In this document: positions 1 to 11,324 of the stretch, one piece after another
Position numbering within the stretch: the first letter of the stretch is position 1
Layout: every line of letters starts with the position of its first letter
Assembly: GCF_988243305.1 (NCBI RefSeq)
Contig: NZ_OZ547136.1
Length of the DNA stretch: 64,000 nt
Direction: 5' to 3' (one strand)
Program-made: the position numbers and the translations under genes
The notes under the pieces: generated by a model
What the model was told of the DNA's origin: nothing
Databases searched by the model: none
Seen by the model: the letters and a program-made list of their open reading frames with translations, nothing else

Positions 1-293
1 ATGATCTGCACAGCATTCAGCTTCCAGAATCCGTACACTTTTCCACTCACACAGCTTTCTCAAAATACAGCCTATTGCTCTACGCTTCTCTCTGTAGAAC
101 ACCTGTCTTCGGTATTTTGGCGCAAATACTATGTGATATTTACAGTTCCATCGGGTGTGCGCTAAGCTCTTTTCGTTCCCCATTGGGACCCCCTTTTGAT
201 TTCTTGTTTGACACTTGCAGTTGCCAGACCGCAAGGTGTTTTAACAAATCAAAAGGGGTTTTAATAACTGGCTCAAAGCTGAAAGCTTTCCGG

Positions 294-320
294 AACCCCC
301 AGCCTAGCTGGGGGTTTTCT
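294..320 (+). terminator. Intrinsic terminator-like hairpin (cccccagc / gctggggg) followed by TTTTCT; would end a plus-strand transcript coming from upstream of the window
   Basis: 8-bp GC-rich inverted repeat with 3-nt loop followed by T-run, read directly. Confidence 0.5.
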
Positions 321-325
321 GTGCA

Positions 326-360
326 CAATAAAAAACGGCAGGGGTATCTCTCCTGCCGTT
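326..360 (-). terminator. Intrinsic terminator of gltX
   Basis: Inverted repeat acggcagg / cctgccgt (335-342 / 352-359) followed on the minus strand by a T-run, immediately downstream of the gltX stop. Confidence 0.6.
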
Positions 361-377
361 TATCTTTTATGCGCTAA

Positions 378-1793
378 TTACTGCTGATTTTCGCGTTCAG
401 CAATAAAAGCCAGCGCTTTGTTGATACGCTCGATACTGCGGGTCTTACCGATTGCGTGAACGGTAACATCCAGCGCCGGAGACTGCCCCGCACCGGTTAC
501 GGCGACACGCAGCGGCATACCAACTTTACCCATCCCCACTTCCAGCTCATCCGCCGTCGCCTGAATAGCGTGATGAACGTTTTCAGCGGTCCAGTCAGTA
601 ATCGCGGCCAGTTTGTCACGAACCACTTCCAGCGGCTGACGCGCTACCGGACGCAGATGTTTTTTCGCGGCGTCGGCATCGAACTCAGCAAAATCTTCGT
701 AGAAATAGCGGCAGCTCTGTGCCATCTCTTTCAGCGTCTTGCAGCGTTCACCCAGTAGTTTCACCAGATCAGCCAGCTGCGGGCCGTTACGGGTATCGAT
801 ATTTTCCTGCTCAATGTGCCACTGTAAGTGAGTAGCAACATACTCCGGCGGCAGCGCGTTAATGTAGTGATGGTTCAGCCACAGCAGCTTGTCGGTGTTG
901 AACGCACTGGCAGATTTGCTGACGGCATTCAGAGTGAAGTATTTGATCATCTCTTCACGAGTGAAGATTTCCTGATCGCCGTGGGACCAGCCCAGACGCA
1001 CCAGATAGTTCAGCAGTGCTTCTGGCAAATAACCGTCATCACGATACTGCATTACGCTGACCGCCCCGTGACGTTTGGACAGTTTTTTGCCGTCATCGCC
1101 GTTGATCATAGAAACGTGCGCGTAAACCGGTACCGGCGCTTTCAGTGCTTTAAGAATGTTGATCTGGCGTGGCGTGTTGTTGATATGGTCTTCGCCACGG
1201 ATAACGTGGGTGATTTCCATATCCCAGTCGTCAACCACCACACAGAAGTTATAGGTTGGAGAACCATCGGTACGACGGATAATCAGATCATCCAGCTCCT
1301 GGTTGCTGAATTCGATCGGACCACGGATCTGATCGTCAAAAACAACAGAACCTTCCTGCGGGTTAGCAAAACGTACAACACACGGTTCATCATCAGCATG
1401 ATGCTCATGGCTGTGGCGGCAGCGACCGTCATAACGCGGCTTCTCACCTTTCGCCATTTGCTCTTCGCGCAGCGCTTCCAGGCGCTCTTTAGAGCAATAG
1501 CATTTATAAGCAGTGCCCTCTTCCAGCATCTGATCGATCACCGCGTTGTAGCGATCAAAACGTTTGGTCTGGTAGTACGGACCTTCATCCCACTCCAGGC
1601 TCAGCCAGTTCATGCCATCCATAATGGCTTCGATAGCTTCCGGCGTGGAACGCTCAAGATCGGTGTCTTCAATACGCAGCACGAACTCACCGCCGTGGTT
1701 ACGTGCAAAAAGCCAGGAGTAAAGAGCAGTACGCGCGCCGCCAACGTGCAGATAGCCTGTTGGGCTTGGCGCGAAGCGAGTTTTGATTTTCAT
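378..1793 (-). CDS. gltX: Glutamate--tRNA ligase
   Basis: 471-aa ORF; N-terminus [19 protein letters not shown] carries the class I HIGH-type motif (HVGG), KLSKR matches the KMSKS-type motif; recognised as E. coli GltX. Confidence 0.97.
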   Translation of the reverse strand: MKIKTRFAPSPTGYLHVGGARTALYSWLFARNHGGEFVLRIEDTDLERSTPEAIEAIMDGMNWLSLEWDEGPYYQTKRFDRYNAVIDQMLEEGTAYKCYCSKERLEALREEQMAKGEKPRYDGRCRHSHEHHADDEPCVVRFANPQEGSVVFDDQIRGPIEFSNQELDDLIIRRTDGSPTYNFCVVVDDWDMEITHVIRGEDHINNTPRQINILKALKAPVPVYAHVSMINGDDGKKLSKRHGAVSVMQYRDDGYLPEALLNYLVRLGWSHGDQEIFTREEMIKYFTLNAVSKSASAFNTDKLLWLNHHYINALPPEYVATHLQWHIEQENIDTRNGPQLADLVKLLGERCKTLKEMAQSCRYFYEDFAEFDADAAKKHLRPVARQPLEVVRDKLAAITDWTAENVHHAIQATADELEVGMGKVGMPLRVAVTGAGQSPALDVTVHAIGKTRSIERINKALAFIAERENQQ

Positions 1794-2006
1794 GAAATGG
1801 CCTTACGTTTAGAAAGATGCCGACAACCGGCAAATCCTGGAAAAATTGAGTGGGCGATATTCTATCACTCCCGCCTGATTCCTCAATGTAGTTCGGGTTG
1901 CAACCTTACGCATTATTGTTTTCGTTGACAAATTGCGCAACACGGTCTGTTTTGCGATCATCTTGCTTAAATTTACGACGAACGAACAATTTCTTTAGAA
2001 AATGCG

Positions 2007-2034
2007 TTGACTCATTTTGAACTCTCCCTATAAT
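2007..2034 (+). promoter_or_regulatory. Sigma70-type promoter of the valU tRNA operon (-35 TTGACT, 16-bp spacer, -10 TATAAT, GC-rich discriminator)
   Basis: Near-consensus hexamers at 2007-2012 and 2029-2034, about 18 bp upstream of the first tRNA. Confidence 0.7.
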
Positions 2035-2051
2035 GCGACTCCACACAGCGG

Positions 2052-2127
2052 GGGTGATTAGCTCAGCTGGGAGAGCACCTCCCTTACAAGGAGGGGGTCG
2101 GCGGTTCGATCCCGTCATCACCCACCA
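2052..2127 (+). tRNA. valU: tRNA-Val (anticodon UAC)
   Basis: 76 nt, GGGTGATTAGCTCAGCTGGGAGAGC...CACCCACCA with encoded CCA; anticodon loop cccTTACAagg; first of three identical copies. Confidence 0.97.
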
Positions 2128-2171
2128 ACTACTTTATGTAGTCTCCGCCGTGTAGCAAGAAATTGAGAAGT

Positions 2172-2247
2172 GGGTGATTAGCTCAGCTGGGAGAGCACCT
2201 CCCTTACAAGGAGGGGGTCGGCGGTTCGATCCCGTCATCACCCACCA
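2172..2247 (+). tRNA. valX: tRNA-Val (anticodon UAC)
   Basis: Identical to the copy at 2052-2127. Confidence 0.97.
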
Positions 2248-2293
2248 CTTTCTCGCCAGCTAAATTTCTTGTAAAAATGTGAAGTACCGAAGT

Positions 2294-2369
2294 GGGTGAT
2301 TAGCTCAGCTGGGAGAGCACCTCCCTTACAAGGAGGGGGTCGGCGGTTCGATCCCGTCATCACCCACCA
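2294..2369 (+). tRNA. valY: tRNA-Val (anticodon UAC)
   Basis: Identical to the copy at 2052-2127. Confidence 0.97.
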
Positions 2370-2373
2370 CTTC

Positions 2374-2449
2374 GGGTCGTTAGCTCAGTTGGTAGAGCAG
2401 TTGACTTTTAATCAATTGGTCGCAGGTTCGAATCCTGCACGACCCACCA
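2374..2449 (+). tRNA. lysV: tRNA-Lys (anticodon UUU)
   Basis: 76 nt, GGGTCGTTAGCTCAGTTGGTAGAGC...anticodon loop gacTTTTAatc...CGACCCACCA; 4 bp after valY. Confidence 0.97.
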
Positions 2450-2453
2450 ATGT

Positions 2454-2481
2454 AAAAAAGCGCCCTAAAGGCGCTTTTTTG
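2454..2481 (+). terminator. Intrinsic terminator of the val-lys tRNA operon
   Basis: Hairpin agcgcc-ctaaa-ggcgct followed by TTTTTT. Confidence 0.8.
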
Positions 2482-2589
2482 CTATCTGCGATACTCAAAG
2501 ATTCGAACCTGCAGCAGGTTCGAGTTGAGCGCAGCGAAACAACGGAGCCGCTCGCGGCGACGGCCCGAAGGGCGAGCGAAGCGAGTCAT

Positions 2590-2648
2590 CCTGCACGACC
2601 CACCAATGCAAAAAAGCGCCCTAAAGGCGCTTTTTTGCTATCTGCAAT
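2590..2648 (+). repeat. Second copy of a 59-bp direct repeat (tRNA-Lys 3' end + terminator); first copy at 2434-2492
   Basis: cctgcacgacccaccaatg[t/c]aaaaaagcgccctaaaggcgcttttttgctatctgc[g/a]at occurs twice, 156 bp apart, 2 mismatches. Confidence 0.85.
2610..2637 (+). terminator. Duplicate intrinsic terminator hairpin
   Basis: Same hairpin and T-run as 2454-2481. Confidence 0.7.
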
Positions 2649-2658
2649 TTGCGAAATT

Positions 2659-2685
2659 GCCTGATGCGCTTCGCTTATCAGACCA
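2659..2685. repeat. REP-like palindromic unit
   Basis: tgcctgatgcgcttcgcttatcagacc resembles the REP consensus (gcctgatgcg...cttatcaggcc) and the copy at 19768-19805. Confidence 0.5.
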
Positions 2686-2715
2686 ACTATGTCCGGCAGT
2701 TCCCGTGCCTCTCAT

Positions 2716-3600
2716 CTACTGCGCCAACGCCGCCAGCAGTTTAACCATCGCGGGCGTCACCTGCTGTGTTTCATAAACAATATATAAATCTGCAGGGATG
2801 CGCTGTTTGAGCGGACGGAAAATGACACCTGGCCAGTTCATTTGTGCGTAGCTGTCCGCTATCAATGTGATACCAATGCCCATACTGACCATAGCGAGTA
2901 CCGTTTGCGGTTCATTAACTTCGCGAATAACAACCGGTGAAAATCCCACCTGCTGGCAAACTCGCTGCAAAAAATCCCAGTCAGTGTAAACGGGCGGCAT
3001 TGTAACGAAATACTCGTCACCTAGCGCTTCCAGCGGGACGGTGGAAAATGATGAGAGATGATGCTCTTCAGGCATCGCCACCAGAAACGCCGATTCATGC
3101 AACCGTAAGCTGGTAAAACCTGCCGGTGGTTCTGTCGCCATTCTCCAGATTCCGGCATCGAGTTCACGTCGTTCCAGCAGGGCCATTTGCATCGCGGGCA
3201 TCTTTTCGCGAAAAAGAACGTCAACGTTAGGATTTTCCCTGAGGAATCGCCGCATAACCGGGCGCATCCGTCCCCACATTGCCGTTCCCACAACCCCGAG
3301 TTCAATCCGCCCTGCTTCTCCCCGACCTATTTGTTCAACCCGAGCCAATACATTATTTGCATTCACCAGCAATCGACGCGATTCTTCCATCAAGATTTTG
3401 CCCGCATGTGTCAGTACGACGCTGCGCGAATGGCGAATAAAAAGCTGCGTGCCGAGTTGATTTTCCAGCTCTTTAATATGAATACTGAGCGGAGGCTGAG
3501 ACATATTTAAACGCGCTGCTGCGCGACCAAAATGCAACTCTTCCGCTACGGCAAGAAAATAACGGAGCAACTTAAGATCTGTTCTATATACGCGTTCCAT
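2716..3600 (-). CDS. xapR: LysR-type transcriptional activator of xanthosine utilisation
   Basis: ORF with N-terminal HTH (LLRYFLAVAEELHFGRAAARLNMSQPPLS); start placed at MERVYRT (294 aa); the six-frame ORF extends 5 codons further upstream to 3615. Confidence 0.92.
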   Translation of the reverse strand: MERVYRTDLKLLRYFLAVAEELHFGRAAARLNMSQPPLSIHIKELENQLGTQLFIRHSRSVVLTHAGKILMEESRRLLVNANNVLARVEQIGRGEAGRIELGVVGTAMWGRMRPVMRRFLRENPNVDVLFREKMPAMQMALLERRELDAGIWRMATEPPAGFTSLRLHESAFLVAMPEEHHLSSFSTVPLEALGDEYFVTMPPVYTDWDFLQRVCQQVGFSPVVIREVNEPQTVLAMVSMGIGITLIADSYAQMNWPGVIFRPLKQRIPADLYIVYETQQVTPAMVKLLAALAQ

Positions 3601-3640
3601 AATTAAGTGCTCCATATAATAAATACATCGTATTAAATTA

Positions 3641-3799
3641 TCATGGCATAAAGTATTTCACCACCAGATATCCGACATACATAAACACGATGGATAATAT
3701 ACCCGGCAATACATTTGGAACAGGAATAGGTAATCGCACGATTGTAAACAAAGCACCAATGCCAAAACCAACGCCAGAAGAAAATAAAATATCTTTCAC
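3641..3799 (-). CDS. Candidate small hydrophobic protein (52 aa), unrecognised
   Basis: GTG-initiated ORF MKDILFSSGVGFGIGALFTIVRLPIPVPNVLPGILSIVFMYVGYLVVKYFMP, AAAGG 7 nt upstream of GTG, two hydrophobic segments with a GxGxG stretch; too short for the ORF track; could be chance in AT-rich DNA. Confidence 0.3.
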   Translation of the reverse strand: MKDILFSSGVGFGIGALFTIVRLPIPVPNVLPGILSIVFMYVGYLVVKYFMP

Positions 3800-3851
3800 T
3801 AATTAACCTTTATCATAAAAGCAGCCCCAAGGAACAGAGCTGCGAATCCTT

Positions 3852-5108
3852 TTAATGTGTAACTGAACGATGCGTTATCTTTTCAGGGTCATGGTTATAT
3901 TTAAACCCAAAGAAAAATATCACTGCGAGGAAAAGAGCATACCCTGCAAACATCAGCCAAATGGTATGCCAGTCTTTTACGCCATCCACCGAAAAGTAAT
4001 CTACTGCCATGCCACTCAGAATCGAGCCAACCCATGCGCCGACACCATTTACCATGGTCATAAAGAGCCCCTGCGCGCTGGCACGAATGCTGGAATCAAC
4101 TTCCTGTTCGACAAATACCGAACCAGAAATATTGAAGAAATCGAATGCACAGCCATAAACAATCATCGACAGCAGCAGCAAAATAAATCCGGTTGTTGAC
4201 GGATCGCCATAGGCGAAGAAGCCAAAGCGCAGCGTCCACGCCACCATACTCATCAGCATGACGGTTTTAATACCGAAACGCTTCAAAAAGAACGGTATCG
4301 TCAGAATGAAACCGACTTCAGCCATCTGTGAAACTGACAGTAAAATGGACGGGTATTTCACCACGAAGCTATCAGCAAACTCAGGATTACGGGCGAAATC
4401 ATGCAGGAACGGGTTGCCAAAAACGTTGGTAATTTGCAGCACCGCGCCCAGCATCATGGCGAAGAGGAAAAAGATAGCCATGCGTGGATTTTTAAACAGC
4501 ACGAAGGCATCCAGACCCAGCTTGCTGGCAAGCGATGTAGTCGCTTTTTTCTCCGCAACCGGAATCTTCGGCAAAGTCAGCGCATAAGCCGACAGCAGCA
4601 ATGACGCACCGGACGCGATATACAGCTGCAGACTACTCAATTCCAGATGCAGCAGGCTTACTGCCCACATGGCGACAATGAACCCCACCGTACCAAAAAC
4701 GCGAATGGGCGGGAAAGCGGTCACCGGGTCAAGCCCTGCCTGGGCAAGACAGGAATAAGAGACGCTGTTCGATAACGCAATAGTCGGCATAAACGCCATC
4801 GCATTGACTAACATCACCCAAAACATCATATCCGGATCAGTTACGGATGCCGCATAAAAAAGTACGCCTGCACACACCAGGTGACACAGCATGTATGCAC
4901 GTTCTGCACGCAGCCATTTGTCTGCGATGATCCCCATTATACCAGGCATAATAATCGCGGCGATCCCTTTGGAACTGTAAACCATGCCAACATTAGCGCC
5001 GGTGAAATGAAGGGTATTAATCATGTAAGAACCGAGGGTAACCAGCCAGCTCCCCCAGATAAAATATTGCAAAAAGGACATTACCTTTAAGCGCAAAGCG
5101 ATGCTCAT
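3852..5108 (-). CDS. xapB: Xanthosine permease (MFS nucleoside:H+ symporter family)
   Basis: 418-aa polytopic membrane ORF upstream of xapR and downstream of xapA; recognised as XapB. Confidence 0.95.
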   Translation of the reverse strand: MSIALRLKVMSFLQYFIWGSWLVTLGSYMINTLHFTGANVGMVYSSKGIAAIIMPGIMGIIADKWLRAERAYMLCHLVCAGVLFYAASVTDPDMMFWVMLVNAMAFMPTIALSNSVSYSCLAQAGLDPVTAFPPIRVFGTVGFIVAMWAVSLLHLELSSLQLYIASGASLLLSAYALTLPKIPVAEKKATTSLASKLGLDAFVLFKNPRMAIFFLFAMMLGAVLQITNVFGNPFLHDFARNPEFADSFVVKYPSILLSVSQMAEVGFILTIPFFLKRFGIKTVMLMSMVAWTLRFGFFAYGDPSTTGFILLLLSMIVYGCAFDFFNISGSVFVEQEVDSSIRASAQGLFMTMVNGVGAWVGSILSGMAVDYFSVDGVKDWHTIWLMFAGYALFLAVIFFFGFKYNHDPEKITHRSVTH

Positions 5109-5167
5109 AATCGTTTCCTTGTCGCATCATTTGGCCTCACCCGCGAGGCCGTTTCTTATTGTTTTTC

Positions 5168-6001
5168 TCAGGCAATTTTGCGCAGAAAGCCACAAATAAG
5201 GTTGATGAAGTTCTGCTTAGAGAGCTCCGCAGCCGCCAGCGTTTGCGCATGTGACAATTTCACATCGCTTAAACCTTCCGCCATGTTGGTAATCGCAGAG
5301 ACCGCAACGACTTTAAGTTCGCAATGGCGAGCAGAAATAACCTCAGGCACCACAGACATACCAACAACATCCCCACCAATAATTTGCATCATGCGAATTT
5401 CCGCCGCAGTCTCGAAATTCGGACCCGGATACGAGACGAACACGCCCTCCGTCAGAGGGAACCCCTCTTCTTTCGCCACTTTTTGTAACAGTGCGCGGTA
5501 TTCCGCATCGTAGGCATTCGCCAGCGAGAAGAAGCGCTCACCAAAACGTTCATCATTAAGACCCACCATCGGCGTTCCCGGCATGGTGTTGATGTGATCT
5601 TTCAATGCGACCAGACTGCCGGCCCCCACTTCAGGACGCAGTGAGCCAGCCGCATTGGTGCAGAACAGCAACTCGCAGCCCAGCAACTTAAAGGTACGGA
5701 TTGCATCCATCATGATGGTCATCCCACGACCTTCGTAGAAATGTCCGCGACCTTTCATGCACGCCACTGGCACCCCCTGAAGATAACCCAGCACCAGCTC
5801 ACCCGCATGACCGTGTACGGTACTTACCGGGAACCCAGGCAGCTTTTCGTAGGAAATTGCGACCGCGTTCTCAATCTGATCGGCCAGCGCGCCCAGCCCG
5901 GAACCTAAAATAAAGGCCACTCGTGGCGTGAAATCAGGTTTATAAGTCTTGATAATATCTACGCAATACAGTGGGTTATGAGAAAACTGAGCCTGATACA
6001 T
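5168..6001 (-). CDS. xapA: Purine nucleoside phosphorylase II (xanthosine phosphorylase)
   Basis: 277-aa ORF of the PNP/MTAP phosphorylase family; first gene of xapAB. Confidence 0.95.
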   Translation of the reverse strand: MYQAQFSHNPLYCVDIIKTYKPDFTPRVAFILGSGLGALADQIENAVAISYEKLPGFPVSTVHGHAGELVLGYLQGVPVACMKGRGHFYEGRGMTIMMDAIRTFKLLGCELLFCTNAAGSLRPEVGAGSLVALKDHINTMPGTPMVGLNDERFGERFFSLANAYDAEYRALLQKVAKEEGFPLTEGVFVSYPGPNFETAAEIRMMQIIGGDVVGMSVVPEVISARHCELKVVAVSAITNMAEGLSDVKLSHAQTLAAAELSKQNFINLICGFLRKIA

Positions 6002-6249
6002 ATATATCCTTTTTTTGTAGGGTGGAATCTAACGCCTTTTTATAACGAGATTGCCCTAACTCATACCAATACACTTTTTTCATGTATCCGATAGTTATTC
6101 GATATCGATATATTTATATTTTTTCACTATTAATAGGCGGAAAAAACTGTATTGGTACTCTCCTTTCCATTGCATTAACAATATGCCGCTTTTAATCAAC
6201 CTTTTTATTAAGCAATCAACTAATAACGATCGGCATAGGGAATTATGCT

Positions 6250-7014
6250 ATGAAAAAACATCTTTTTACTCTGACACTCTCTTCTGTATTGGCAATACCA
6301 GCAGTATCCCATGCAGAATTTAAAGGCGGTTTTGCTGATATAGGTATTCATTATCTTGACTGGACTAGCAGAACCACTGAGAAATCGTCGACCAAATCAC
6401 ACAAAGATGATTTTGGATATCTGGAACTGGAAGGTGGCGCTAACTTTAGTTGGGGAGAAATGTACGGGTTCTTCGACTGGGAAAACTTTTATAATGATCG
6501 TCATGATAAACCGGGTAGCGAGCAGCGTTATACATTTAAAAATACCAACCGTATTTACCTGGGTGACACCGGATTTAATCTTTACCTGCACACGTATGGT
6601 ACCTACGGGTCTGCGAATCGTGTGAATTTCCACGACGATATGTTCCTGTACGGTGTCGGCTACAATTTCACCGGCAGCGGTTGGTGGTTCAAACCGTTCT
6701 TTGCAAAACGCTATACAGACCAAACCTATTATACCGGCGATAACGGTTATGTCGCCGGTTGGGTTGCAGGTTACAGCTTTATGCTGGGCAGTGAGAAATT
6801 CACCCTCACCAACTGGAACGAGTACGAGTTTGATCGTGATGCCACCTACGCGGCAGGTAATGGCGGCAAAGAAGGTCTGAACGGTGCCGTCGCACTTTGG
6901 TGGAATGCAACTTCACACATCACCACAGGGATTCAGTATCGTTATGCGGATGACAAACTGGGCGAAGATTTTTACCAGGATGCAATAATCTACTCCATCA
7001 AATTTAATTTCTGA
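6250..7014 (+). CDS. yfeN: Predicted outer-membrane beta-barrel protein
   Basis: 254 aa; signal peptide MKKHLFTLTLSSVLAIPAVSHA; aromatic-rich with C-terminal ...IKFNF typical of OM barrels. Confidence 0.88.
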   Translation: MKKHLFTLTLSSVLAIPAVSHAEFKGGFADIGIHYLDWTSRTTEKSSTKSHKDDFGYLELEGGANFSWGEMYGFFDWENFYNDRHDKPGSEQRYTFKNTNRIYLGDTGFNLYLHTYGTYGSANRVNFHDDMFLYGVGYNFTGSGWWFKPFFAKRYTDQTYYTGDNGYVAGWVAGYSFMLGSEKFTLTNWNEYEFDRDATYAAGNGGKEGLNGAVALWWNATSHITTGIQYRYADDKLGEDFYQDAIIYSIKFNF

Positions 7015-7017
7015 TTG

Positions 7018-7040
7018 ATTACTGCCGGGGCTCCCGGCAG
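7018..7040. terminator. Hairpin between convergent yfeN and yfeR (possible bidirectional terminator)
   Basis: ctgccggg-gct-cccggcag inverted repeat; flanking T-runs are weak. Confidence 0.4.
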
Positions 7041-7051
7041 TATGAATAGCT

Positions 7052-7978
7052 CTATATCTGATACAACGGATCCCCTTCCCGCCCAGCCATTAGCGCACGG
7101 CCCTGGCCTCGTACCACGTCCCATAACGCTTGTGCGGCGGTGGAAAGTGAACGGTTCTTCCTGCGCACCAGCATCAACTGGCGTTCCACCACCGGCGTAA
7201 TGCGCTTTACCACCAGCGGGCTACCTTCAGGTAACGGCAGCGCCAGTGCGGGAAGAATACTAATGCCGATGCCTGCGGCTACCATCGGGAACAGCGTCGC
7301 CGGATGACCAATCTCCTGCACAATATTCGCCTGAATACCGTTGCGCGCCAGCGCTGCGTCAATCAGCGGTCGGCTGCCTGACGCGTAATCCTGCAACACC
7401 AATTTCGCTCCCTGTAATGCCTGCCAGGGTACATAATCTTCCGCGGCCAAAGCGCTATCGCGATGGCAAAGCAAGAAGAAAGGCTCGGAAAGAATCGCTT
7501 CACATTGCAGATCGCCCACTGGGCCTGGATCGATGACGATGCCAAAATCGACATCTCCCTGGCGAATACTTTCCATCACCCACTGCTGCGGACGATCGTG
7601 CAGGATAAACTGAATATCTGGATAGCGGCGATGGCTTTCAGCAATGCATTGCGGAATAAGATGCGCGGAAATGGTCTGGCTGGCAGCGACCCGAACTTTT
7701 CCGCTCAGTTGTTGCCCCATACGCCCGGTATCGCGCAACGTGCTGTTAAGTTCATCCAGCAGTCGCTCAAGACGCAAAGCCAACTGCTGCCCTGCATCTG
7801 TAAGCACCACTTCACGCGTGGTTCTGTCCAGCAGGCGAACACCAGTATGATTTTCCAGCTCCTTCACACTGTGACTCACTGCCGACTGGCTCAGGCCGAT
7901 ACGCTCTCCTGCACGACTAAAACTTTTCTCCTGCGCTACTGTGACGAAAACCTTTAATTGTTTTAAAGAATAATTCAT
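7052..7978 (-). CDS. yfeR: LysR-family transcriptional regulator
   Basis: 308 aa; N-terminal HTH ([38 protein letters not shown]). Confidence 0.9.
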   Translation of the reverse strand: MNYSLKQLKVFVTVAQEKSFSRAGERIGLSQSAVSHSVKELENHTGVRLLDRTTREVVLTDAGQQLALRLERLLDELNSTLRDTGRMGQQLSGKVRVAASQTISAHLIPQCIAESHRRYPDIQFILHDRPQQWVMESIRQGDVDFGIVIDPGPVGDLQCEAILSEPFFLLCHRDSALAAEDYVPWQALQGAKLVLQDYASGSRPLIDAALARNGIQANIVQEIGHPATLFPMVAAGIGISILPALALPLPEGSPLVVKRITPVVERQLMLVRRKNRSLSTAAQALWDVVRGQGRALMAGREGDPLYQI

Positions 7979-8067
7979 CTGTTTTCTTTATGAATGGATG
8001 CAATAAATCAATTTTATTTCTCAAACTGGAAGAAGCACAATAGAACCATCGATCATCTGGAGTCTTT

Positions 8068-9066
8068 ATGAAACTTTTTCGTATCCTCGATCCTTTCACC
8101 TTAACCCTGATCACGGTGGTGTTGCTGGCCTCTTTCTTTCCGGCCAGAGGCGATTTCGTCCCCTTCTTTGAAAATCTGACCACCGCAGCGATTGCCCTGC
8201 TGTTTTTTATGCACGGCGCGAAGTTGTCGCGTGAGGCGATTATTGCTGGCGGTGGGCACTGGCGACTGCATTTGTGGGTAATGTGCAGCACCTTCGTGCT
8301 GTTTCCTATTCTGGGCGTGCTGTTTGCCTGGTGGAAACCGATAAATGTCGACCCGATGCTCTACTCCGGTTTTCTCTACTTGTGCATTCTCCCCGCTACC
8401 GTGCAGTCTGCAATCGCCTTCACGTCAATGGCGGGCGGTAACGTTGCGGCGGCGGTTTGTTCTGCGTCAGCATCCAGCCTGCTGGGTATTTTCCTTTCAC
8501 CATTGCTGGTTGGCCTGGTGATGAATGTTCACGGTGCAGGGGGCAGCCTTGAGCAGGTCGGTAAAATTATGCTGCAACTGCTGCTGCCGTTTGTGTTGGG
8601 GCATCTTTCCCGGCCGTGGATTGGTGACTGGGTGTCGCGCAATAAAAAATGGATTGCGAAAACTGACCAGACGTCCATTCTGTTGGTGGTTTATACAGCG
8701 TTCAGTGAAGCCGTCGTTAATGGTATCTGGCATAAAGTTGGCTGGGGATCATTGCTGTTTATCGTGGTGGTCAGCTGCGTTCTTCTGGCTATCGTGATTG
8801 TAGTTAACGTCTTTATGGCACGCCGACTGGGCTTCAATAAAGCAGATGAAATTACTATCGTCTTTTGTGGTTCGAAAAAGAGTCTGGCAAATGGCATCCC
8901 GATGGCAAACATTCTTTTCCCCACAGCGGTGATCGGTATGATGGTGCTGCCTCTGATGATTTTCCATCAGATCCAATTGATGGTCTGTGCGGTGCTGGCG
9001 CGTCGATACAAACACCAAACCGAACAGTTACAGGCGCAGCAGGAAAGCCGCGCCAATAAAGCTTAA
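8068..9066 (+). CDS. yfeH: Putative solute:sodium symporter (bile acid:Na+ symporter-like membrane protein)
   Basis: 332-aa polytopic membrane ORF divergent from yfeR. Confidence 0.88.
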   Translation: MKLFRILDPFTLTLITVVLLASFFPARGDFVPFFENLTTAAIALLFFMHGAKLSREAIIAGGGHWRLHLWVMCSTFVLFPILGVLFAWWKPINVDPMLYSGFLYLCILPATVQSAIAFTSMAGGNVAAAVCSASASSLLGIFLSPLLVGLVMNVHGAGGSLEQVGKIMLQLLLPFVLGHLSRPWIGDWVSRNKKWIAKTDQTSILLVVYTAFSEAVVNGIWHKVGWGSLLFIVVVSCVLLAIVIVVNVFMARRLGFNKADEITIVFCGSKKSLANGIPMANILFPTAVIGMMVLPLMIFHQIQLMVCAVLARRYKHQTEQLQAQQESRANKA

Positions 9067-9281
9067 AGAGGACGCTTCAGGGGCTGGACCAGTTGCGTCA
9101 GCCCCTCAGTTTTAATCAGCAGCGTGATTTGCATTAGCTCACCGAGCTTCCCTGCCGGGAACTCATCTTTGCGGGCAAACCACAGAAGATACTCCTCCGG
9201 CAGGTCGATTAAGCGACGCCCTTTGTATTTGCCAAACGGCATTATCGTATTGGCTATTTCAATCAGCTGCTCTTTTTCCAT
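9063..9281 (-). CDS. ypeB: Small DUF-family protein immediately downstream of ligA
   Basis: 72-aa ORF MEKEQLIEIANTIMPFGKYKGRRLIDLPEEYLLWFARKDEF...; ATG 1 nt after the ligA stop; the ORF track extends it to 103 aa. Confidence 0.8.
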   Translation of the reverse strand: MEKEQLIEIANTIMPFGKYKGRRLIDLPEEYLLWFARKDEFPAGKLGELMQITLLIKTEGLTQLVQPLKRPL

Positions 9282-9282
9282 C

Positions 9283-11307
<2,025 letters not shown>

Positions 11308-11324
11308 TCAATGCTAAAAACCCC

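Noticed and set aside
75-377. 100-aa ORF downstream of gltX
   Set aside because: Starts at TTG, is Cys-rich and low-complexity, and runs straight through two terminator hairpins; most likely non-coding 3' region.
828-1928. 366-aa plus-strand ORF
   Set aside because: Lies entirely antisense to gltX, which has clear class I synthetase motifs; it is a shadow ORF. The same applies to other long antisense ORFs in the track (15338-16510 opposite ptsI, 22725-23453 opposite cysP, 29607-30401 opposite yfeX, 38730-39728 opposite eutA, 43568-44197 opposite eutE, 49378-50292 opposite maeB, 52922-53599 opposite tktB, 57656-58564 opposite aegA).
2052-2449. Three identical 76-bp direct repeats with 44-46-bp spacers, superficially CRISPR-like
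   Set aside because: The repeats are complete tRNA-Val genes with cloverleaf features and CCA ends; no cas genes are present.
2296-2664. 122-aa ORF with internal repeat ARPTNxKKRPKGAFLLSAI
   Set aside because: It is the translation of valY, lysV and the duplicated tRNA 3' end plus terminator; the protein repeat reflects the DNA repeat and is not coding.
6070-6190. 38-codon ORF (MYPIVIRYRYIYIFSLLIGGKNCIGTLLSIALTICRF) and palindrome tcgatatcga in the xapA-yfeN divergent region
   Set aside because: Extremely AT-rich promoter DNA with no convincing ribosome-binding site and low-complexity codons; more likely regulatory sequence than a gene.
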